Below, in pieces: positions 47,223-54,722 of a stretch of DNA of 64,000 nt (positions within the stretch are counted from its first letter, which is position 1; each line of letters opens with the position of its first letter). The position numbers and the translations under genes are program-made. The DNA is from an uncultured Candidatus Saccharibacteria bacterium (lineage in GTDB: Bacteria; Patescibacteriota; Minisyncoccia; Phycocordibacterales; CAIRYW01). The notes below the pieces were generated by a model. That model was not told the DNA's origin. It saw only the letters and a program-made list of their open reading frames with translations, and searched no databases. Location: the NCBI GenBank assembly GCA_964446625.1, contig CAYUPH010000002.1, positions 5,743-69,742 of the forward strand, in the 5' to 3' direction.

Positions 47223-47444
47223 CTATTTTGCGTTCTTGTCTTTGTTTTTATTAGTTTTTTTCTCTACCTTCGCGACAACATTCACAGCCTCCTTTCCTTT
47301 GTATTGTCCACAACTCATGCACGCAACATGCTTTGCTTTTGGACTTCCACATTTCTCACAGAGAATAACACCTGTCGCTTTTAGAGCGTGGTGACTTCGT
47401 CTGTTGGCTGTATGCGCCCGGGTATGTCTCATTCGTACTACCAT
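47223..47444 (-). CDS. rpmF: 50S ribosomal protein L32 (zinc type)
   Basis: [24 protein letters not shown]. Confidence 0.93.
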   Translation of the reverse strand: MVVRMRHTRAHTANRRSHHALKATGVILCEKCGSPKAKHVACMSCGQYKGKEAVNVVAKVEKKTNKNKDKNAK

Positions 47445-47487
47445 AATATAAGCAATATATACCAGAAAGGTAAAAAACGCAAGAAAT

Positions 47488-47516
47488 AAAAAAGCGGCGA
47501 AGCAAAGCTTCGCCGC
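47488..47516 (-). terminator. Terminator after the purC-like gene
   Basis: GCGGCGAAGC-AAA-GCTTCGCCGC with T6 on the minus strand. Confidence 0.8.
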
Positions 47517-47531
47517 GAAGGGTGATTGGTC

Positions 47532-48398
47532 CTAGGTGGAACCGACCTGACCCTCAAGGAAGTCGGTAACCGTATTATACCGGTGGAACACCTCGGCAGA
47601 AAATTCTGGCGACAAGGCAGTCATTCCCCTGTTTGTTTTGAGGAAAAGACGGATTATCTCCTTGTCGAAATAGTTTCTGGATATACCCCACCCATAGATG
47701 CGCATTTCGTCGCCCGTTATTCGGTCAATAAGAATAAGGTCTCCCTGCTCATTAAATCCGAATTCGAGCTTGAAATCGACAAGTTCATGAAGACCCCGGG
47801 CGAACAACTCCTTGAGCAGATTCCCTACCTGGAGCGCCATATTCTTCATTTCCCTGAATCGGGATCGAATATCCCCATTGGTTCCGCCTACTAAGCTGAG
47901 ATCTAATTGAGAAGCATAGCCTGCATGCTGGCTTGTCCCAGCTTTTAGCACATGTATCCAATCATCCAGGACTTTAATCTGTGTGTCAGGTAGAAAAAAG
48001 CCCGGCTTAAGAAATAGCAGAGGATCGTCAAGTCGGTCATTCTTATAGAAAAACTCAACAACTGGAGTCTCAAGTGGCGTGCCGACTGGAAATCTTTGAC
48101 TTTTCGCATACGAACCATCCGCGACAAATCGAACCACCACTTCAAGTGGTAGCGCGGTTGCTCGCGTTATAGGGATTTTTGTTCCCTCCCGAGGGCCGCC
48201 TGTAAAACAGGTGTGAATCCCCTTTTCCTGAAGGTAACGCCATATTACATGCGCTTGGCGCATTCGCACCTCACCCATGCCTGGAATAGTGATGCGACTC
48301 TTGCCGTTTCCGGCGGTCACATCATTCGTGCAATCCAGAAAACATTGCTCTCCATATTCAATAACCCGGGCAACCTTGCCCGCATGAATTATTTTCAT
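47532..48398 (-). CDS. purC: Divergent SAICAR synthetase-like protein
   Basis: GKV, VTAGNG, PLEVVVRFVADGS, EFFYKND..DDP, LVDFKLEFG; likely ATG at 48398. Confidence 0.8.
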   Translation of the reverse strand: MKIIHAGKVARVIEYGEQCFLDCTNDVTAGNGKSRITIPGMGEVRMRQAHVIWRYLQEKGIHTCFTGGPREGTKIPITRATALPLEVVVRFVADGSYAKSQRFPVGTPLETPVVEFFYKNDRLDDPLLFLKPGFFLPDTQIKVLDDWIHVLKAGTSQHAGYASQLDLSLVGGTNGDIRSRFREMKNMALQVGNLLKELFARGLHELVDFKLEFGFNEQGDLILIDRITGDEMRIYGWGISRNYFDKEIIRLFLKTNRGMTALSPEFSAEVFHRYNTVTDFLEGQVGST

Positions 48399-48504
48399 GG
48401 CTTTTTCGTAGATACGTACCTCAACAAAAGTCCGGCCACGGACCAATTTCAAGGTACTAGTTTTCAAACAACTTTAAAATATCTGTTTATTAAAAATAAG
48501 TCAA

Positions 48505-49083
48505 TTAAAAACCCCTGCAAAAACTTTTGCGGTGGATTTCGGAGAGACCCTTTTTCTTTACCACCTCTATATGCTTTGCGGTGCCGTACCCTTTGTGAAC
48601 TTCAAAACCATAGTCTGGATACTTAGAGGCAATCTGGGTCATGTACTCGTCGCGAACCACCTTTGCAACAATTGAAGCAGCAGAGATAAAAGGAATCTTT
48701 GCGTCACCTTTTATGACGGTTTCTTGGAGTGGAAATTCCTTTGGCGCCCTGATTCCTCCGTCGAGAAAAATTTTATGTTTCTCTGTCGCTTCTAGTTTTT
48801 TGAGTACCGAGTCAATACCTTTTTGAATTGCTCTAACGATTCCTCTTGCGTCGATGTCTTTTGCTGAAATGAGAGCGTACGCAAACCGCGCCTCTCCTTT
48901 TTTTTCTAAATCAATAATTATTTTAAAAATTTCTCGTCGTCTTTTTTCTGTTACTTTTTTTGAGTCCCCTAGAAAAGGCAAAACTGAAAAATCAAAATCT
49001 TCGCTCGCAAGAAAAGCGCCTACTGAAACAGGTCCTGCAAGAGGCCCCCTACCCGCTTCGTCGATGCCGATAATCATTTGCAT
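48505..49083 (-). CDS. rnhB: Ribonuclease HII
   Basis: GIDEAGRGPLAGPV, DSKK, KGDA..ISAASIVAKV, HKGYGT. Confidence 0.97.
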   Translation of the reverse strand: MQMIIGIDEAGRGPLAGPVSVGAFLASEDFDFSVLPFLGDSKKVTEKRRREIFKIIIDLEKKGEARFAYALISAKDIDARGIVRAIQKGIDSVLKKLEATEKHKIFLDGGIRAPKEFPLQETVIKGDAKIPFISAASIVAKVVRDEYMTQIASKYPDYGFEVHKGYGTAKHIEVVKKKGLSEIHRKSFCRGF

Positions 49084-49125
49084 GTGTACATCATATCAAA
49101 AGGAAAATAAAAAAGACGCCTGAGG

Positions 49126-49437
49126 TTAATCCAGGCGTCCACCTTTATCACTGTATATTATCAGCTCGTCTCCTTCTTTGTAAAAGAGGTCAAATTGGTT
49201 GAGCAAGGTGATATCTGAGTCGGCCATCCCTCCGATATATTGAATCAGAACCCCAGTGACCTGACCATCTGTCTCATTGGGTATACACCCAACAACGAAA
49301 CAAGGACCCTGTGACCTTTTCGTTTTTCTGTATCGAAGGGCCCGGGCCTCAAACCGAGTGTCAAGATGATGCTCAACTTGGTTGGCGAACTCGGCAACCG
49401 TTAGCGGTTGCCTGAACGTAAAAAGAGCGTTTCTCAT
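49126..49437 (-). CDS. Orphan hypothetical protein
   Basis: GAGG before ATG; hairpin GACGCCTG/CAGGCGTC (49115-49139) overlaps the stop. Confidence 0.55.
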   Translation of the reverse strand: MRNALFTFRQPLTVAEFANQVEHHLDTRFEARALRYRKTKRSQGPCFVVGCIPNETDGQVTGVLIQYIGGMADSDITLLNQFDLFYKEGDELIIYSDKGGRLD

Positions 49438-49478
49438 AACCTCTCGATACTACTCCCGCACTGTGTTAAAATCAAGCA

Positions 49479-52400
49479 ATGTCGAAATTCATACATCTTC
49501 ACACACACAGTCATTACAGTTTGCTTCAGGCTCTTCCGAAGCTTCCAGACCTTGTCAAAAAAGCAAAAGAAGAAGGTATGGAAGCTATCGCGCTCACCGA
49601 CTCTGGAAACCTCTATGGAGCAATCGAGTTTTACAAAGAATGTCAAAAACAAGGTGTAAAACCAATTCTTGGCGTTGATTTTTATGTTGCAGCAAGGACT
49701 CGCCACGACAAGGAGCCCCGAATCGACAACAAGCGAACTCGCCTCGTTCTCATTGCAAAAGACCTCGTTGGTTACCAAAACCTTATTCACCTTGTTACCG
49801 ATTCACATATTGAAGGGTTTTATTATCGCCCTCGAATCGACAAAGAGCTACTAGAAAAATACAAAGAAGGGCTCATCTGTATCTCCCCATCGTTTTCCGG
49901 AGACATATCTCTTGCGCTCAAAAACGGAAACGAAGAAGCCGCAAAAACTTTTGCAGACTTTTACAAAAAAAATTTTGGCGATGATTTTTATCTTGAAATC
50001 ACAAACCATCCCGAGATAGATGATTTTAATGCGCGAATGGATAGGCTTGTTAGTTTTGCTAATGCAGAAGGAATTAATCTGGTTGCTGCACACGATGTCT
50101 ACTATCTTGAACTTTCTGATCAGAAAGCGCGAACTACACTCCTCTCTGTTCAAAAAAGTTTTAGTGGCGGTGGATCTGATGACGAAGGAGATTTTTCTTT
50201 TCTTTCAGAAAAAGAAGCGCTTCGACGGTTTAAAAAACTTGAGGATGCGCTTCAAAACACTCTGAAAATCGCAGAAAAATGCACCCTTGAAGTTCCTCTT
50301 GGAAAATGGATGTTCCCCGAAATTCCAATCGAGAGCGGACTTTCTCCCGATGACGAACTCCGCCGTCTTGTGTTCCTTGGTTTTGACTCGCGAGGAGTTT
50401 CAAAAGATGAAAAAACTCTAGAGAGAGCTGAGTACGAGCTTTCAGTTATTAAACAAAAAGGTTACGCCCCTTACTTCCTTGTAGTAGCGGACCTCCTCCG
50501 CTACGCAAAAGAAAATGGAATCCTCTCTAACATTAGAGGTTCGGTTTCCGGCTCTCTTGTGACTTTCCTTTCTGGAATCACAAACATAAACCCGCTGGAG
50601 TACGATATTCCCTTTGAACGATTTCTAAACCCTGACCGACCAAGTGCACCGGACATTGATATGGACTACGCCGATAACAGACGAGATGAAATGGTAGAGT
50701 ATGCCCGCAAAAAATATGGCGCAGAAAAAGTAGCACAGATCGGAACATTCGGTACAATGGCGGCGCGAGGTAGCGTTCGTGATGTTGCGCGCGCTCTTGG
50801 CTACCCAGTAGCTCTTGGGGATAGAATTGCAAAACTTGTTCCAATGGGAAGCCAAGGATTTCCAATGACAATAGAGCGCGCACTTGAAGAGTCTGACGAA
50901 CTTAAATCTGCGTACAAAAAAGAAGAGGATGTCAAAAAGATTATTGACATGGCAAAAAAGATTGAAGGTTCTGCGCGACACATCGGAGTCCATGCCGCCG
51001 GTGTTGTGATTGCACCAATCCCTCTTACTGAAGTGACACCGCTTCAGTACGACCCAAAAGGTGAAGGAAAAATCATTACTCAGTACGACATGTACTCAAT
51101 TGACGAGAACAACGCCGGACTCCTCAAGTTCGACTTCCTTGGACTCAAAAACCTTTCAATTATTGCTGACACAATAAAGCTCGCAGAAAAACTAAAAGGA
51201 GTCACAATCGACTACGACAATATTCCACTAGACGACAAAAAAACTTTCGAAATGCTCGCGCGTGGCGAGACCGAAGACACCTTCCAATTAAACGGAGACG
51301 GTATGACGCGCTTTTTAGTTGAACTAAAACCCTCAAACATTCACGACATCAACGCGATGGTGGCCCTCTACCGTCCAGGACCACTTCAGTTTATTCCTGA
51401 TTATATTGCTCGAAAACATGATGCGAGCAAAATCCCTGCAATGGACCCCGCGATTTACGAAATTCTAAAAAAGACTTACGGAGTTCTTGTGTACCAAGAC
51501 GACCTTCTTATGATGGCTCACAAACTTGCGGGCTACAGTTGGGGTGAAGTCGATAAATTCCGAAAAGCGGTTGGAAAGAAAATTCCAGAAGAAATGGCAA
51601 AACAACGAAAGCAGTTTATCGAAGGTTGTGTAAAACATTCTGGTTGGACAGAAAAGCGTGGAGAAGAAATCTGGAGCTGGATCGAGCCTTTTGCTGCGTA
51701 CGGATTTAACAAAGCACACTCTGTTTCGTATGGACGAGTTGCGTATATTACAGCCTACCTCAAAGCAAACTTCCCTGCTGAGTACATGAGCTCTGTCCTT
51801 ACACACGAATCAGGAGACGTCGACAAGGTAGCAATCTCTGTAGCGGAGTGTAAACGCATGGGTCTCGAAGTTCTTCCGCCGGACGTGAACGAAAGTTTCG
51901 CGGGCTTTACGGTTGTACTTGGAGAAGATGGAAAAGAAAAAATTCGTTTTGGACTCACAACAATCAAAAACTTTGGTGAAGGAATTGCGGAGTTTATTAT
52001 CGAAGAAAGAAAACGCGGTGGACGATTTACAAGCATTGAAAATTTCCTAGAGCGGATCCAAGACCGAAACCTCAACAAAAAGTCTCTTGAATCACTAATC
52101 AAATGCGGTGCGCTCGATACCCTCTTTGACCGAGTAACACTTTTCCAAAACTTAGACCTGCTCCTAGAATACAACAAAGAACACGCAAAGAACTCAGGAC
52201 AAGACTCACTCTTTAGTGCACTTTCTGGAGGGACTCACAAAATTGATATGCGCGCACCCGTGGGCGATATGGCAGACGATAAACTTAGGTGGGAAAAAGA
52301 ACTTCTCGGACTTTTCCTTTCAGGGCACCCACTCGAAAAATACAAACAAAAGATTGACGCTAAAGGTGTTTCGATAAAAAAGCTCGAAGGATCAAAGGAA

Positions 52401-52646
52401 GGACAGAGTGTTATGGTTGTAGGACTCCTTTCAGAAATAAAAGAAATCCGCACAAAAAAAGGCGACCCAATGGCGTTTGTAAAAATAACTGATTTTGATA
52501 ACTCGGTTGAAACTGTTTTCTTTCCAAAAGTATACGAAGAAGCAAAGAAAAACATAAAAGTGGATGCTGTAGTTGCAGTCGAAGGAACTTATTCGAACCG
52601 AAATGGTGAAGTGAGTATCCTTGCAAATAAAGTGAAGGTGCTGTAG
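49479..52646 (+). CDS. dnaE: DNA polymerase III alpha subunit
   Basis: PHP HLHTHSHYS, FERFLNPDR..PDIDMD, HAAGVVI, LLKFDFLGL, YGFNKAHS. Confidence 0.98.
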   Translation: MSKFIHLHTHSHYSLLQALPKLPDLVKKAKEEGMEAIALTDSGNLYGAIEFYKECQKQGVKPILGVDFYVAARTRHDKEPRIDNKRTRLVLIAKDLVGYQNLIHLVTDSHIEGFYYRPRIDKELLEKYKEGLICISPSFSGDISLALKNGNEEAAKTFADFYKKNFGDDFYLEITNHPEIDDFNARMDRLVSFANAEGINLVAAHDVYYLELSDQKARTTLLSVQKSFSGGGSDDEGDFSFLSEKEALRRFKKLEDALQNTLKIAEKCTLEVPLGKWMFPEIPIESGLSPDDELRRLVFLGFDSRGVSKDEKTLERAEYELSVIKQKGYAPYFLVVADLLRYAKENGILSNIRGSVSGSLVTFLSGITNINPLEYDIPFERFLNPDRPSAPDIDMDYADNRRDEMVEYARKKYGAEKVAQIGTFGTMAARGSVRDVARALGYPVALGDRIAKLVPMGSQGFPMTIERALEESDELKSAYKKEEDVKKIIDMAKKIEGSARHIGVHAAGVVIAPIPLTEVTPLQYDPKGEGKIITQYDMYSIDENNAGLLKFDFLGLKNLSIIADTIKLAEKLKGVTIDYDNIPLDDKKTFEMLARGETEDTFQLNGDGMTRFLVELKPSNIHDINAMVALYRPGPLQFIPDYIARKHDASKIPAMDPAIYEILKKTYGVLVYQDDLLMMAHKLAGYSWGEVDKFRKAVGKKIPEEMAKQRKQFIEGCVKHSGWTEKRGEEIWSWIEPFAAYGFNKAHSVSYGRVAYITAYLKANFPAEYMSSVLTHESGDVDKVAISVAECKRMGLEVLPPDVNESFAGFTVVLGEDGKEKIRFGLTTIKNFGEGIAEFIIEERKRGGRFTSIENFLERIQDRNLNKKSLESLIKCGALDTLFDRVTLFQNLDLLLEYNKEHAKNSGQDSLFSALSGGTHKIDMRAPVGDMADDKLRWEKELLGLFLSGHPLEKYKQKIDAKGVSIKKLEGSKEGQSVMVVGLLSEIKEIRTKKGDPMAFVKITDFDNSVETVFFPKVYEEAKKNIKVDAVVAVEGTYSNRNGEVSILANKVKVL

Positions 52647-52658
52647 TTTTTATTTTGT

Positions 52659-52934
52659 ATGTGCTCTTCAAGTACGGCAATTTCTGCCTTCTTATTTATT
52701 CATGAGGGGCCGATCGGAGTCTTACTAACTTTTTTGGAGGTGCGCACAGTAAGAAGCTTGCGCGCCAAAGGGTTAATTTTGTTAGAACACCCTCAAGCAA
52801 CTTCAATAGGAAGCTTGTATCGTGTTCTAATGAAGCACCGGCACGGATTTGAAGTCTCGCTAGTGTGGCTCCAAGACTGTCCCTTTGACGCCGTGAAAGT
52901 GGTTGCTTCCTTCAAAAAACCGCTATCGCTGTAA
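52659..52934 (+). CDS. Orphan hypothetical protein (start uncertain)
   Basis: Fills the dnaE-thrS gap; terminator GCTATCG/CGATAGC-T6 overlaps the stop (52922-52950). Confidence 0.4.
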   Translation: MCSSSTAISAFLFIHEGPIGVLLTFLEVRTVRSLRAKGLILLEHPQATSIGSLYRVLMKHRHGFEVSLVWLQDCPFDAVKVVASFKKPLSL

Positions 52935-52981
52935 GGCCGATAGCTTTTTTATTTATAGAGAAAATATGCTACTCTTTTGCT

Positions 52982-54721
52982 ATGGAAACAAATCAAAACA
53001 TAGAACATAAAAGGCACACTCTTGCACACCTGCTTGCGTCTGCTGTTTTAAAGAAATACCCCGAGGCAAAACTAACCCTCGGCCCTGCTGTTGAAAACGG
53101 CTTTTACTATGATATTGATTTTGGTGAGACGAAAATTTCAGATGAGGTTCTTCCTGAGCTTCAAAGACAAATGGAAAAAGATCTCTCGAATTGGACAGAG
53201 TTTTCTCACCGCACAGTCTCAAAAGAAGAAGCCTTGAAACACTTTGAAGGAAACGTATACAAAGAAGAACTCATAAAAGAAATTGCGGAGCGAGGTGAAG
53301 AAATCACACTCTACACATGCGGAGATTTTACAGACCTTTGTCGAGGTGGACACTCTGAAAACCCAGCAAAAGAAATTCTCCCTGGTTCGTTCACACTATC
53401 TCGAGTTGCAGGGGCATACTGGAGAGGAGATGAGAAAAACAAAATGCTTACTCGTATTTACGGGCTTGCATTTGATACAAAAGAAGAACTTGAGTCATAC
53501 CTAAACCAAATTGAAGAAGCAAAAAAGAGGGACCACAAGAAAATTGGAAAAGAACTAGGTCTCTTTGTTTTCTCTGATCTTGTAGGTCCTGGGCTTCCTC
53601 TGTGGACACCGAAAGGAACAATCCTCAGAGAAGTGCTAAATGACTTCGTATGGGAACTTAGACAAAAACATGGCTATAAAAAAGTAGCGATCCCACACAT
53701 TACAAAAAAAGACCTTTACGAAAAATCTGGCCACTGGGACAAGTACAAAGACGACTTGTTTAAAATTGAAACAAGAGAAAAACACCTCTATGCAATGAAG
53801 CCTATGAACTGTCCGCACCATACTCAGATTTTTGACGCAGAAATGCGTAGCTACCGTGATATGCCTCAGAGATACTGCGAGACAACTATGGTATACCGTG
53901 ACGAACAATCAGGTGAACTTGCTGGACTTTCTCGAGTGCTCTCAATCACTCAAGACGATGCACATGTTTTCTGCCGAATAAACCAAATTGAAGAGGAGGC
54001 AAGCGCAGTGTGGGACATCATCACAACCTTTTACAAAACTTTTAACTTTACTTTGACTCCTCGTCTTTCAAGAAGAGGAGAAGATGCATCAAAGTATCTT
54101 GGTGAAGAAAAGAATTGGGACTTAGCAGAAGAGATGTTAAGGAAAGTAATAGTAAGTCACGGAGGTGAGTATATTGATGGCCCAGGCGAAGCGGCGTTTT
54201 ATGGTCCAAAAATCGACTTCATGGCAAGCGATGCAATCGGACGAAAACACCAAGTAGCAACAATTCAGCTCGACTTTGTTCAACCTGAGCGTTTTGGTCT
54301 TTACTGTATAAATGAAAAGGGTGAAAAAGAAAACATTGCAATGTTCCACGTAGCAATCATGGGTTCAATCGAAAGATTTCTCTCTGTCATTATTGAACAC
54401 TACGCTGGAGTTTTCCCTCTCTGGCTCTCCCCTGTCCAAGTTAAAGTTGTTCCAATTGGAGACAACGAAGTAGAGTACGCAAAAGAGTTTGCGAGGAATC
54501 TTGAGGCAGAAAATATTCGAGTGGAGCTTGATCTAAGTAGCGACTCGTTTGGTAAAAAAATCAGGAACGCAAAAACAGAAAAAATTCCTTATATTGCCGT
54601 TATTGGTAAAAATGAAGTTGCGGAAGGTAAAGTAACTCTTGAAGGACGCACAGAAAAATTCGTCCTTTCAAAAGAAGAAGCTGTTTCTAAACTAAAAACA
54701 GAAATCGCAGAAAGAAGTTAA
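52982..54721 (+). CDS. thrS: Threonyl-tRNA synthetase (no N-terminal TGS domain)
   Basis: HTLAHLLA, DLCRGGH, RDHKKIG, KPMNCP, QDDAHVFC, AAFYGPKID, GSIERF. Confidence 0.98.
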   Translation: METNQNIEHKRHTLAHLLASAVLKKYPEAKLTLGPAVENGFYYDIDFGETKISDEVLPELQRQMEKDLSNWTEFSHRTVSKEEALKHFEGNVYKEELIKEIAERGEEITLYTCGDFTDLCRGGHSENPAKEILPGSFTLSRVAGAYWRGDEKNKMLTRIYGLAFDTKEELESYLNQIEEAKKRDHKKIGKELGLFVFSDLVGPGLPLWTPKGTILREVLNDFVWELRQKHGYKKVAIPHITKKDLYEKSGHWDKYKDDLFKIETREKHLYAMKPMNCPHHTQIFDAEMRSYRDMPQRYCETTMVYRDEQSGELAGLSRVLSITQDDAHVFCRINQIEEEASAVWDIITTFYKTFNFTLTPRLSRRGEDASKYLGEEKNWDLAEEMLRKVIVSHGGEYIDGPGEAAFYGPKIDFMASDAIGRKHQVATIQLDFVQPERFGLYCINEKGEKENIAMFHVAIMGSIERFLSVIIEHYAGVFPLWLSPVQVKVVPIGDNEVEYAKEFARNLEAENIRVELDLSSDSFGKKIRNAKTEKIPYIAVIGKNEVAEGKVTLEGRTEKFVLSKEEAVSKLKTEIAERS

Positions 54722-54722
54722 T

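Noticed and set aside
49479-50300. DnaE PHP domain with some metal ligands changed (TDSG, AHDVYY)
   Set aside because: PHP degeneration is common among DnaE proteins and cannot be judged reliably by eye
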